Origin: an uncultured Desulfobacter sp. | GTDB lineage: Bacteria; Desulfobacterota; Desulfobacteria; Desulfobacterales; Desulfobacteraceae | DNA: 64,000 bases | Reading direction: 5' to 3' | Assembly: GCA_963665095.1 (NCBI GenBank) | Contig: OY762069.1 | Location: forward strand, 6,112,001 to 6,176,000 | Shown here: one piece after another, positions 47,892-58,009 of the stretch | Layout: every line of letters begins with the position of its first letter | Position numbering within the stretch: position 1 is the stretch's first letter | Translations under genes and position numbers: made by a program | The notes under the pieces: generated by a model | Told to the model about the DNA's origin: nothing | The model's input: only the letters and a program-made list of their open reading frames with translations | Database searches by the model: none

Positions 47892-49073
47892 TCAGCCGGC
47901 CTGATTTTCAAGCACTTCACGGGTTTCTGCAGCAATCTGCCGCTCTTCGTCTGTGGGCACCACCCAGATCTGCACCCGGCTGTCCGGGTGATGAATGGCC
48001 CGGGCATCTTTGGAACGGATCTGATTCTTTTCCGCATCCAGCACAATTCCCAGTCCTTCCATATTTTCAACGGCCTTGGCGCGGACTGCCCCATCGTTTT
48101 CCCCCACGCCGGCAGTGAACACCAGCGCGTCAATCCGGCCCAGTACCGCAGTATAGGCACCAATATACTTTTTAATCTGGTAGGCAAACATGTCAACGGC
48201 CAGGGCAGCCCTGTCGTCTCCCGCTTCCGCCCTGGCATGGATATCCCGAAGATCATTATACCCGCAGATCCCTTTCAGCCCGCTCTGTTTGTTGAGCACC
48301 TGGTCCATCTCCGTGGGGCTGAGGTTGATGTTTTCCATCAGGTATCCGGAAACTGCAGGGTCGAGATCTCCGCACCGGGTGCCCATCATAACGCCTGCCA
48401 AAGGCGTCATACCCATGGAGGTATCTTTGCATTCGCCTTTTTCAACCGCACTGATGGAACAGCCATTGCCCAGATGCAGGGTAATCAGGTTGGTCTCATT
48501 GGGCTGTTTTCCCATGAGCCGGGCTGCCTCCTGTGCCACATATTTATGGGAGGTGCCATGGAACCCGTAGCGTCTTATTTTATGGTCTGTGTAATAGCTG
48601 TAGGGCAGGGCATAAAGAAACGCCCTGGGGGGCATGGTCTGGTGGAAATTGGTATCAAACACCGCTACCTGGGGTTTGCCGGCAAATAACTCCTCTGCCA
48701 CCTCAATGCCTGTCAGGTTGGGTGGATTATGCAGCGGGGCCAGAGGGTTATTGTCCTGGATGGCCTTTTTTACAGCGTCTGTAATTAAGGTGGCCTGCTT
48801 GAACGCCTCCCCACCCTGCACCACACGGTGGCCCACAGCGTCCACAGGCTGGGTCAGCCGGTCCGTGACCAGCATCAGCGCAGCCCTGTGGTCGGGGATG
48901 GGCTGGGATACCTCTTCCCGGGTTTCTGTTGCGCCAAACTCCGTATGGGTCAGAACGCCGGTCTCTTCACCAATTCGTTCCACAACGCCTCCGGCAAGCG
49001 CGTTGCCGGCCTTGGTGTCAAACAATTTGTATTTCAGGGAGGATGACCCTGTATTGATAACCAGAATATTCAT
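47892..49073 (-). CDS. ackA: Acetate kinase
   Basis: N.GSSSLK, GHRVV.GG, APLHNP, FDT.FH, YGFHGTSH, HLGNG.S, TSMG.TPL.G, FTAGVGEN, PTDEE. Confidence 0.97.
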   Translation of the reverse strand: MNILVINTGSSSLKYKLFDTKAGNALAGGVVERIGEETGVLTHTEFGATETREEVSQPIPDHRAALMLVTDRLTQPVDAVGHRVVQGGEAFKQATLITDAVKKAIQDNNPLAPLHNPPNLTGIEVAEELFAGKPQVAVFDTNFHQTMPPRAFLYALPYSYYTDHKIRRYGFHGTSHKYVAQEAARLMGKQPNETNLITLHLGNGCSISAVEKGECKDTSMGMTPLAGVMMGTRCGDLDPAVSGYLMENINLSPTEMDQVLNKQSGLKGICGYNDLRDIHARAEAGDDRAALAVDMFAYQIKKYIGAYTAVLGRIDALVFTAGVGENDGAVRAKAVENMEGLGIVLDAEKNQIRSKDARAIHHPDSRVQIWVVPTDEERQIAAETREVLENQAG

Positions 49074-49261
49074 GTGTCTGCCTTTTCTGCTAGGATTAAA
49101 ATAAAAGCAACAGCGGCCGTCCGGCTATCCTGTATCTCCTGTTGCAACCCGGTTCTGGATATAATGACCGGATCAGATTATTGCAGATACCCGGACACCG
49201 GCAGCTATTTACTTCCATCTATTTTAACAGGTGCGTGACAATTTGTGAAATGTCTGATGTG

Positions 49262-49498
49262 TTAGCCTGAAAAGGATGGATCCGGTTGTACATCAAGTCG
49301 GATACCGTGAATTTCAATGGTATCACCCGGGCGGATCTGCTTTCTTTTCCTTGTTTCAACCCGGCCGTTGACACGAACCAGGCCGTCGGCAATCAGGTAC
49401 TTGGCCTCGCCGCCGGAGGCTGCCAGGTTTTCAAATTTTAGAATTTTGTACAGTTCAACCGGAGAACGTGTCAGGTAAACAACTCTTGTTTTTGGCAT
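49262..49498 (-). CDS. S4-domain RNA-binding protein (YbcJ/YaaA-like)
   Basis: L.K.LK.....SGGEAK..I..G.V.VNG.VETRKRK....GD. Confidence 0.9.
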   Translation of the reverse strand: MPKTRVVYLTRSPVELYKILKFENLAASGGEAKYLIADGLVRVNGRVETRKRKQIRPGDTIEIHGIRLDVQPDPSFSG

Positions 49499-49501
49499 AA
49501 T

Positions 49502-51928
49502 TTACTCCTGTCCGGCAGCCAGGCGGATGGCATCTGCCCGCAGCCGGCCCTGAATATAAAGGGAGAGGGCCGCAACGGCCTGGTCGCACACCTTGAAAAC
49601 AGGAATGCCGGTAACTGTCAGGGCATCCCGCAGCGGATCGTAAAGCCTGCCGCCGTCCACCACCGCCACCACCGGGGTGGGGGACGCGGCCGTCAGTGCC
49701 GAAAGCCGGTGAAGAATGGACCCGGCCTGGTGCATGGAAAACCGGTCATCCTTTGCCGTGTCCAGGGTCTGCATGGCCGGGGACATGGGGTCCACACTGA
49801 TGATGACTGTATCCACCCCGGGGTCCCGGCACAGAATTCCGGCAATGTCACCATGGACCTGGTCGTTGGCGGCCGGGTTGATATCCAGGGGATTGGCCAG
49901 GGTCACCAGATGGTCCAGACCTTTGGCCGCCAAAAGGGTCTGGATGGCACGGTTGCTTTCCGGGCTGAACTGTGCAAACTCCATGGTAAAATCATCGCTG
50001 TGGATTGAATCCGCCATGCCCACGGCTTCAAACCCGGCACCACTCATGGCCGCCAGCCGGTTGCCACGGATGGTTTTGGTGTTCAGTGTTTCAGCCAGGA
50101 GCATGAGCTCCTGAAATTCGCTGAAGGTTCTGGCCACAATGGCCCCGGCCTGGGAGACGCAGCTTTCACATACCATGTAGTCCCCGGCCAGGGATGCGGT
50201 GTGGCTGGATGTGGCAGCCCTGCCTTCCGGGGTTCTCCCTGCCTTGTAAAACACCACTTCCTTTCCGGCCAGGACCGCGTCGCGCACGGCACGGCAGAAG
50301 AACAGGCCGTCCATGTCGTTAAATCCTTCGGCATAGACGGCAATTACATCCACCTGGTCAGAATTTTTAAAATAGGCCACCATGTCTCCCAGCGTGAGAT
50401 CGGTCTGGTTCCCCATGGAGATCATATAGGCCGGAGAGAGCTGGGGGCACTGGTGGCTCCGGTGCAGCATAAAGGCGCCGCTCTGACTGATGAGCGCGGC
50501 CCGACAGGATTTAAGCCCGCAGGTGGCCTCTTTAGGCAGTTTTTCTTCCGGGATAAACCAGGTGTCATACTGTCCCGGACAGGAGATTACCCCCATGCAG
50601 TTGGCCCCGAGGAATACCGGGCTGCCGTCGCTCTTTTTCCGGAGACGCGCAGCATGGATGGCATCCATGACCCGTCCGGCCCTGTTACGGCTTTCATGGG
50701 TCTCACCCAGGCCGCCGGCAATGAGCATCACGGCCTGGGCCGCATCTTTTTCAATAATCTCTTCCACCAGCTCCGGCACCTGGTCTGCGCCCAGAGCCAC
50801 AATGAACAAGTCCAGCTTGTCTGTGCCGCTTGATTTCAGCGCGTCCAGGCCCGGCAGGCAGGTAATGCCCTGGAACGTATCCCTGTCCTTTTTGAAAATT
50901 ACAATATTTTCAGGGGCAAATCCCATGGCCTTTACATTGTCCAGGATAATCCGTCCGAAATTTTTCCGGGTGGCGGAGATGCCGATAATACCTATCCTGC
51001 CCGGGTGGAGCAGGTTGTCGATTTTAGTCACCGGCCGCGGCAGGGGCATGGGTGCCTGCTTTGAAAACCGGCACATGCCGTCCAGGGGCACCATGAGATA
51101 ATCGGTAAAGGCAAAGGGGTTGATTTCAAGTTCGTCTATGACAAAGGGGGCATCCGGATTCAGCCGGTTGTATCTGTTTCCCATGCGGATAAAGGATTCA
51201 AAGCACTCCACCAGCTGCTCGTCCGTGACAATGCGCCGCTGGCCCCGGGTGAGCCCTGCCAGTTTCCGGTAGGAGATGGTCTGACGGTAGAGCTGGAAAA
51301 ACCGTTCTCCGGTGCACATGGCTGTGGAGGCCGCCACAATGGCCTGTCCCTTCCTGAACCGCCGGGCATACAGTTCCGTGTCAGTTCCCCCAAGGCCTGC
51401 AGAGAGGATGGTGCCAAATTCCCGGGTGTGGCGCAGGCCTACAATCAGTTCGTTGCCAAAAGCACCTGAATCCGGGGGCATGAACTGCACCTGGAGTACC
51501 CCTTTGATATCCCGGGCAATGGCTGCCGTCAGAGCCTCGCCGGTCAGCCCCCGGTAATGGACAGGCATCCCCTCTTGGGCAAGGGCCAGGCCTTTTGCAT
51601 AATTTTCCGGCACTTCGTAAAACATTCGGCGAACGGCGGATCGGATTTTATTGGGCTCTTTGTCAACCACCCTGACCCCGCCTGCTTCAGTTTTATGGAT
51701 GATATAGGGTGATACAATTTTTAAAACAGTTTTCTCACCGGGCATGGAGACAAGTTCATCATCCGAACACCGGTCTCCGCGTTCAATAAGCCGGATCTTT
51801 GGCGGGGTTTCTGAGCCGGACCGGGCCAAAAGTTCATACACCTCATATTCAAAAAGGAAGTCGCGGCCCTGGTCCCGGGCTTTTGAGAAAATAAGGTCTA
51901 TGGATGTGAAATCAATTTCCAGCTGCAT
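49502..51928 (-). CDS. ADP-forming acyl-CoA synthetase (acetate-CoA ligase family), ATP-grasp-first fusion
   Basis: VLKIVSP.I.HK.E.GGV, ELEINP, G.S, G.NC.G, SQSG, GNQ.D, Y.EG, SHTASLAG (phospho-His), NPLD. Confidence 0.9.
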   Translation of the reverse strand: MQLEIDFTSIDLIFSKARDQGRDFLFEYEVYELLARSGSETPPKIRLIERGDRCSDDELVSMPGEKTVLKIVSPYIIHKTEAGGVRVVDKEPNKIRSAVRRMFYEVPENYAKGLALAQEGMPVHYRGLTGEALTAAIARDIKGVLQVQFMPPDSGAFGNELIVGLRHTREFGTILSAGLGGTDTELYARRFRKGQAIVAASTAMCTGERFFQLYRQTISYRKLAGLTRGQRRIVTDEQLVECFESFIRMGNRYNRLNPDAPFVIDELEINPFAFTDYLMVPLDGMCRFSKQAPMPLPRPVTKIDNLLHPGRIGIIGISATRKNFGRIILDNVKAMGFAPENIVIFKKDRDTFQGITCLPGLDALKSSGTDKLDLFIVALGADQVPELVEEIIEKDAAQAVMLIAGGLGETHESRNRAGRVMDAIHAARLRKKSDGSPVFLGANCMGVISCPGQYDTWFIPEEKLPKEATCGLKSCRAALISQSGAFMLHRSHQCPQLSPAYMISMGNQTDLTLGDMVAYFKNSDQVDVIAVYAEGFNDMDGLFFCRAVRDAVLAGKEVVFYKAGRTPEGRAATSSHTASLAGDYMVCESCVSQAGAIVARTFSEFQELMLLAETLNTKTIRGNRLAAMSGAGFEAVGMADSIHSDDFTMEFAQFSPESNRAIQTLLAAKGLDHLVTLANPLDINPAANDQVHGDIAGILCRDPGVDTVIISVDPMSPAMQTLDTAKDDRFSMHQAGSILHRLSALTAASPTPVVAVVDGGRLYDPLRDALTVTGIPVFKVCDQAVAALSLYIQGRLRADAIRLAAGQE

Positions 51929-52199
51929 GGATGGTTCTGTCTTTCTATGGGTTGTCTGTTTGTATTATTGTCCTGATTTCAGTTCTGGGTCCGGGAGTGT
52001 GTTAAAAAGAGTTCTGTTTCCTGATGTTTACCAGCCCTGGAATGTCAGATCAAGCAGATACTTGGTATGGTGCCTGATCTGCCTTTGGAATTTAGCAGTA
52101 TCCTATTATATTTTTAAACCAAGTTGACACGTTAGACGCATCCCATATACTCTTGGATAAGAGTGTCTTTTTTTATTAAAAATTTAAGGAATCTCATAT

Positions 52200-53156
52200 A
52201 TGGCCACATGCAAATTCAGTCTGCCCACCGGCGAAACATGTAAAGAACCTGCTGTAACAGATGACGGTTTCTGCAAATGGCATGGTCCTGTCCCGCCATC
52301 AGGTGACGGCATAAAAGAGGAACTTGAAAAGATTGCCAAAGCCGGAGGGAGCCTGGCCGGGTTTAACCTCAAAGGCCTTGACCTTAATGATATATATCTG
52401 ATCCAGGCCGATTTAAGAGGTGCTGACCTGCGCCATGCCAACCTGACCCATGCCCATATGTACGGCGCGGATCTTGGCGGGGCAGATCTTTTCAAGGCCA
52501 ACCTTGAAAAGGCCAATTTCAAGGCGGTCAACCTGAAAAAAACCAATCTTCTGGCGGTTAATTTTGATCTGACCAAAATTGAAGGCGCGCTGTGGGACGA
52601 GGAGTATATCATCCAGAATGAAAAAGACGCGGTGGCGGCCTGGGAAAAAGGGGATAAACGCCTGGCTTATAAAAAATACAAGGAAGCCGAAGAGATCTAC
52701 AGAAGCATCAAGCTGGCCCATGAGCAGCTGGGGCACTCTAAAAACCAGAGTCCGTTTTTTTTAAGGGAGATGGTGGTACATCGCAAACAGATGCCGCTTT
52801 TTTCCGCCCCCCGGCTGGCGTCCAAAACCATGGATCTGACAACCGGTTACGGGGAAAAGCCGGTGAATGTCCTGTGGACCTCCCTGTATACAGTGTTTGT
52901 CTCTGCGTTTTTATACGGATTGTTCGGGGTGTATGAACACGGCCGGATGATGTCGTTATGGAACCATGACGGCTCTTTGATGGAGACTATCGGCAACCTG
53001 ATCTATTTCAGCTCCGTGGTATTTACCACCATCGGATTTGGGGACGTTGTCCCCTTTGGCATCAGTAAATGGGTCACCACCATTGAGGGGTTTCTGGGCC
53101 AGATCCTGATCGCATTTCTCATCGTGTGTATTTATAAAAAATTGATGGAGCGGTGA
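52200..53156 (+). CDS. Pentapeptide-repeat protein with a C-terminal two-TM potassium channel domain (Ion_trans_2)
   Basis: A(D/N)LxG/H pentapeptide repeats, GYGE.P, YFS.V.FTTIGFGD..P selectivity filter. N-terminal C-x9-C-x10-C-x2-H. Confidence 0.88.
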   Translation: MATCKFSLPTGETCKEPAVTDDGFCKWHGPVPPSGDGIKEELEKIAKAGGSLAGFNLKGLDLNDIYLIQADLRGADLRHANLTHAHMYGADLGGADLFKANLEKANFKAVNLKKTNLLAVNFDLTKIEGALWDEEYIIQNEKDAVAAWEKGDKRLAYKKYKEAEEIYRSIKLAHEQLGHSKNQSPFFLREMVVHRKQMPLFSAPRLASKTMDLTTGYGEKPVNVLWTSLYTVFVSAFLYGLFGVYEHGRMMSLWNHDGSLMETIGNLIYFSSVVFTTIGFGDVVPFGISKWVTTIEGFLGQILIAFLIVCIYKKLMER

Positions 53157-53174
53157 CTTTTTCCGTATACACAG

Positions 53175-55639
53175 ATGCAATTATTCATTGATTTTGACCA
53201 AATGGGCCGGATATTTTCGGAAGCCGCAGAGGAGAAGCGGTTTCAGCTGTTTGAGCATGAGACCTATGTGCTGCTCAATGCCCTGGGTGCTGAATCTGTT
53301 CCACAGCATTATCTGCTTGCCCGCAGTCAGCGGTTGACGCCTGAACTGCTGGACCGGTTTCCCGGTGAAAAGGTGGTCTTAAAAATCGTCAGCCCGGATA
53401 TTGTCCATAAATCAGATTCCGGGGGTGTAAAGGTGGTTCCCAAAGCCACCGGGAAAGTCAGAAGTGAAGGCCGGCGAATGGTGGATGTGGTGACAGAACG
53501 GTTTGCACAGTTCCTTGAACAGCATCCGGACCCGTCACTGCCCTGGTACCAGGGACTTTCCGGATCCGCCCTGCGGGATGCCGTGAACAATAATATCAAA
53601 GGGGTATTAATCTCCCAGTTCCTGCCTCCTGAATCCGATGCCCTGGGCCACGAACTGCTGGTCAGCCTCAGATGGACCCGTGAATTCGGCATGGTGATCA
53701 CAGCCGGCTTAGGGGGAACAGATACGGAACTCTATGCTGAAAGATTCCGGCTGGGGCAGGCTGTGGTTTCCGCCTCCACCGCAGATATCTCCGGGGAGGA
53801 GTTTTTCGAACTTTTCAGGAAAACCATTGCCTATCAGAAGATTTCAGGGCAGACCCGGGGACAGGTCCGGCTGATATCAGATGAGCAGCTCATGGAGTGT
53901 TTTGGGGCGTTCATCGCCGTGGGAAACCATTTTTCTCCGCTGAATGAGACCGCCTCCTATGTGATTGAAGAGCTGGAGGTGAACCCCTTTGCCCTGGTGG
54001 ATTATGAAATGGTGCCCCTGGACGGGCTGTGCAGATTCTCTCCGGCGTTTTCCCCAAAGAGCTCGCGCAGGGTCGGGCAGATCGGGCATATGCTTCACCC
54101 CGGCCATGTTGCCATTGTCGGGGCCAGCGCCACCAAGGTGAATTTTGGCAGAGCCATTCTTCAGAATATGATTCAGGCCGGATTTCCCAAAGAGCAGATC
54201 ACCGTTGTGACCCCGGTGGCCCGGGAGATCGACGGTGTTGCCTGTGTGGCAGATATTAAAGGGATTCAGGAGACGGACCTGATGATCCTTGCAGTCCGCT
54301 CCGGGCTGTTGCCGGACCTTATCGATGAAGTTCTTGATCACAGGCGTGCCAGAAGCGTTATTCTGATCTCCGGGGGGTTAGGGGAAACCCAAGCGACCCG
54401 GGAGCGGGCCGGCAGGTGATTGACAAAATTGCCAAAGCCCATTCCAGGGAGAGCCAGAGTCCGGTTTTCCTGGGCGGCAACTGCATGGGGGTTATTTCAA
54501 AGCCCGGCCGGGTGGATTCCTTTTTTACGCCGGAAGCCTGTTTCCCCCAGCGCCGGGACAGGGCAGCCGCCCCTGCAGCCCTGGTCAGTCAGAGCGGGGC
54601 CTTTGCCGTGGTTCGCATGGCCGCCTTTTTATCCGGTGATCCGGCCTATAATATAACGGTGGGAAACCAGATGGATCTGACCATTGGGGATTTCATCACA
54701 TGGCTGGCAGATGCTGTGGATGTGGAGCTGATCTGTGTCTATGTGGAAGGATTCCAGGACCTTGACGGCCTTCATGCCAGCCGTGGCATCAGAAAAGCGG
54801 TGCAGAATGGAAAAGAGGTGCTGATATACAAGGCCGGCCGGACCCCGGCGGGCAAGAAAGCCACCTCCGGCCACACCGCATCTATTGCCGGGGATTACAT
54901 GGTCTGCAACGCCTGCCTCAGCCAGGCCGGTGCCCTGGTGGCCGACACGCTGGAGGAGTTTGACGGCCTGGTCAGCCTTGCCTCAAATCTGCATAAAAAA
55001 CGGATATCAGGGAACCGGGTGGCGGCCATGAGTCCTGCAGGGTTCGAGTGTGTCGGGGTGGCCGATGCCCTTGATTCAAGGGATTCAAGTCTGGAACTGG
55101 CCCGGTTTTCCCCCGGGACCCGGGAAACCATTGCCGGCCTTTTTGAGCAGGCCGGGCTGAAAAAGATCATGGATGTTAAAAACCCCCTGGATATTACGCC
55201 TGCGGCCCCGGATATTATTTATACGGAATCGGTGAGGGCAATGATGCAGGATGACGGCATTGATGCCGTTGTGGTCTCTTTGGGGTCTCTTTCGCCGGGC
55301 ACATCTGACACGCCTGCCCCGGATCATCCGACAGGTTTTATCACGTCGAAGGGCAGCTTTGCCTCCCTGCTGCCGGAACTTGTGAATGGCTATGACAAGC
55401 CTCTGGTGGTATTCAACGACGCCGGAAGTGCCCACGAGCCCATCAACAACTGGCTTAAGGAAAACGGGGTCCCTGTATTCAGGACATCACGGCAGGCAGT
55501 CTCGCTTTTATCCCAGTATACCGCGTACCGAACCCGCATACAGCGGTTGAGCCCGGTTGCTGACAGACTATTACATTCCTTGGTATATGGAGAACTGAAA
55601 AGTGAAAAAAACAGAGCACAGAAGCAAGATCCGCATTAA
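53175..55639 (+). pseudogene. Second ADP-forming acyl-CoA synthetase paralog, split at ~54416 into 414-aa and 407-aa ORFs
   Basis: The two ORFs are collinear with the two halves of 49502-51928. One extra G restores GGC AGG GTG ATT GAC (GRVID; paralog GRVMD). Could be a pseudogene, a sequencing error or a coupled split gene. Confidence 0.75.
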
Positions 55640-57194
55640 ATCTTCAAAATGGCGCAAAATCTATACCTATACCTGCCGCATTCCCTGGGAAGGAGACACG
55701 TTTTATTACAGATATATTACCTGGAAATCCGTTGATCTGAAGAATGCCTCCTCATGGAGCATTGGTGCACCGGTAAAGCTGAAGTCAAGGAAAACCGGAA
55801 CAACCATGACGTTTAATTCGCTGAACATCACCGTAAAATCAGGCAGCAGTGAGGTTGTCTGGACCCTTGAGATACCTGAAGACGATTTCAGAACCTGGCT
55901 CTACTTCATTATTGTGTCTCTGTTAAAACACACCAGCCTGACCTTTGCCGATGATACCCTCACCGGTGCCGGAATGAAAACCTCGCGTCAGAAAAAATTA
56001 AAAGCCCGCCGGGGTATGGCCAGCCTGGATTCCGTCTACCCTATCTTCATTGATGCTGAATCCAGGCTCGCCCAGGGAAAGCAGCTGATGGAGAAGAAAG
56101 GACGTGACAATTTAATTAAAACCGAGGGCGGTAAGGTTTTCAAGCTCCTCTCAAAAATAGGTTCAGGGGGGCAGGCATTTGTCTGCAATACCGACCGCCT
56201 GCCATCAGTTGGGATTGGGCCGACGCAACCCTTTGCCGTCAAGGTCGCAATGTTCGGCGGGGAGATCGCGTCATCAAAAGGCAGCGGGGCCGAGCTTTCT
56301 GCGGAAGCAAAAACGGTCATACATGAGGCCCGTCTGCTTGCCGCCGCCGGAGATCATCCAAACATCATCAAGTGGGTTGATGCCCTTGCATCAGAGAATG
56401 CCATATACCTCTTTCTTGAGAAAGGGGAATATGACCTGTCAGAGATCTGGGAAAAACGAAAACCAAAACCCAATGCAAAAGTCCTCCTCAAAATTGTAAC
56501 AGATATCCTCACCGGCGTTGAGCACCTTCACAGCCATGGTATCGGTCATCTTGACATCAAGTCGCAAAATATTTTGATATATTCAGACGGGACCGCAAAA
56601 ATTATTGATCTCGGCTCGTCCATCTGCCTTGCAATACAGAGCATGGATCAAATGAAATCCCCGTTCCAGAACATGGGTACACCGGGTTTCATAGGACCGG
56701 AAAACTGGCAGGACTATCCCGGGAATAAGAGGGAACTTGAAATCCGCTTCCGCCAGCGTGACTGCTTTGCCATCGGGATGACGATCCTGGATAGCATCAT
56801 TGCCCCATTGTATCATATCGATGACGCGCAAATTAAGAAATTATGTACACCTGACAAAAGCAAATGGGATGAAAGTCGCGCGTACCGGCAGAAAGTGGAG
56901 GAAGACAGGCTCGCGTTCTGGGAAGCTCAGTTTCGGCAAAAAGTTGAAAAGTCTGCCCGGAAAAACGGAATTGATGACATCGCTACCATTGCCATGATGC
57001 TGGTCAGAAGCGGCAGTGATTTAAAGGCCCGTTTCTCCATATCCCAGGCACTGGAAGCCATGAAATTCCTTGAAGCAGGGAGAAAACAGCCGGCGCCGCA
57101 GCCCAAAAAGGCTCCCAGCCCCAGCTGGATCAAATCCGGAATCAGTAAACGGGTTGGCATATGGGAACAATTCATGCGCGACGCTGCCAAATAA
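55602..57194 (+). CDS. Hanks-type Ser/Thr protein kinase with a putative N-terminal PH-like domain
   Basis: IGSGGQAFV, AVK, alphaC HEARLL, HPNII, HLDIKSQN, DLG, GTPGFIGPE, DCFAIG, terminal R.SI.QAL. Confidence 0.88.
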   Translation: MKKTEHRSKIRIKSSKWRKIYTYTCRIPWEGDTFYYRYITWKSVDLKNASSWSIGAPVKLKSRKTGTTMTFNSLNITVKSGSSEVVWTLEIPEDDFRTWLYFIIVSLLKHTSLTFADDTLTGAGMKTSRQKKLKARRGMASLDSVYPIFIDAESRLAQGKQLMEKKGRDNLIKTEGGKVFKLLSKIGSGGQAFVCNTDRLPSVGIGPTQPFAVKVAMFGGEIASSKGSGAELSAEAKTVIHEARLLAAAGDHPNIIKWVDALASENAIYLFLEKGEYDLSEIWEKRKPKPNAKVLLKIVTDILTGVEHLHSHGIGHLDIKSQNILIYSDGTAKIIDLGSSICLAIQSMDQMKSPFQNMGTPGFIGPENWQDYPGNKRELEIRFRQRDCFAIGMTILDSIIAPLYHIDDAQIKKLCTPDKSKWDESRAYRQKVEEDRLAFWEAQFRQKVEKSARKNGIDDIATIAMMLVRSGSDLKARFSISQALEAMKFLEAGRKQPAPQPKKAPSPSWIKSGISKRVGIWEQFMRDAAK

Positions 57195-57206
57195 ACAACA
57201 TAAATC

Positions 57207-57863
57207 CTACTTAGAAAGACTCTTGAGGCTGGCAACCTGGTCATATCTTTCTGTGATACCCGTGCGTTGCTCGATGAGGATTACCGGTTCCAGCATCCCA
57301 CGGCTGTTCGCATACAGTTCAACATTTACAGGCTTTCCGGTGCTGATGCCCATGGGGCCTTCACCAGGAAGGGGATAGGATGAATGCTCCCCGCTGTGCC
57401 CTTTGGGCCGCCGGCACATTTTCTTTTTGTTGTTGGAAGAAAAAATGGTTTCACACTCTAAAAGATTTAGGGAATCGCCGTACTTTGAATTCGTTTCATT
57501 CCGATATCGAAGGCCGCTGCGTCCGGGTATCAACATTGCATCATAATTTTTGTTGAGGAACGCATTGAAAGTAGGAGCAATCTCTTTTGTTTTATTTAAA
57601 TTGGCAAAACGTCTGTCGGCTCTTTCAACTACGGAAAGGGGACCCAGCCCTATTCTGATCAGATCGTTCAACGGTGTTTTCAGAAGCAGGCCCCACTCAT
57701 TTTTAATTGCTCCTGCGGACGAAAGTTCTTCTTTTGTCACCTCTTTATTCACCTCAAGGAAAGCGGCATCGTCCAGGTTATCGATCCAGCTTTTTGCCAA
57801 TTGGACTATTTTAATATCAGATAAGTCTTTTGTTATATCTTTATGCCGCTTCTTGTAATGCAC
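57207..57863 (-). CDS. Hypothetical protein with a C-x12-C-x5-H-x3-H motif
   Basis: 218-aa ORF filling the gap between the kinase and the oxidoreductase. Start uncertain (GTG, no clear RBS). Confidence 0.55.
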   Translation of the reverse strand: MHYKKRHKDITKDLSDIKIVQLAKSWIDNLDDAAFLEVNKEVTKEELSSAGAIKNEWGLLLKTPLNDLIRIGLGPLSVVERADRRFANLNKTKEIAPTFNAFLNKNYDAMLIPGRSGLRYRNETNSKYGDSLNLLECETIFSSNNKKKMCRRPKGHSGEHSSYPLPGEGPMGISTGKPVNVELYANSRGMLEPVILIEQRTGITERYDQVASLKSLSK

Positions 57864-58009
57864 AATAAGCTTATTTAAAAAATTCGACTTAATCCGAGTG
57901 CGGGCCCCGGTTATTTTTCTTGCATGGCTTCATATTTATTGACCCTGAAAAAACTGCAACCCCTTTTCCATGCTGGGAAATAACAAGGGGCCTTTTCAGC
58001 CCCTTGCCT

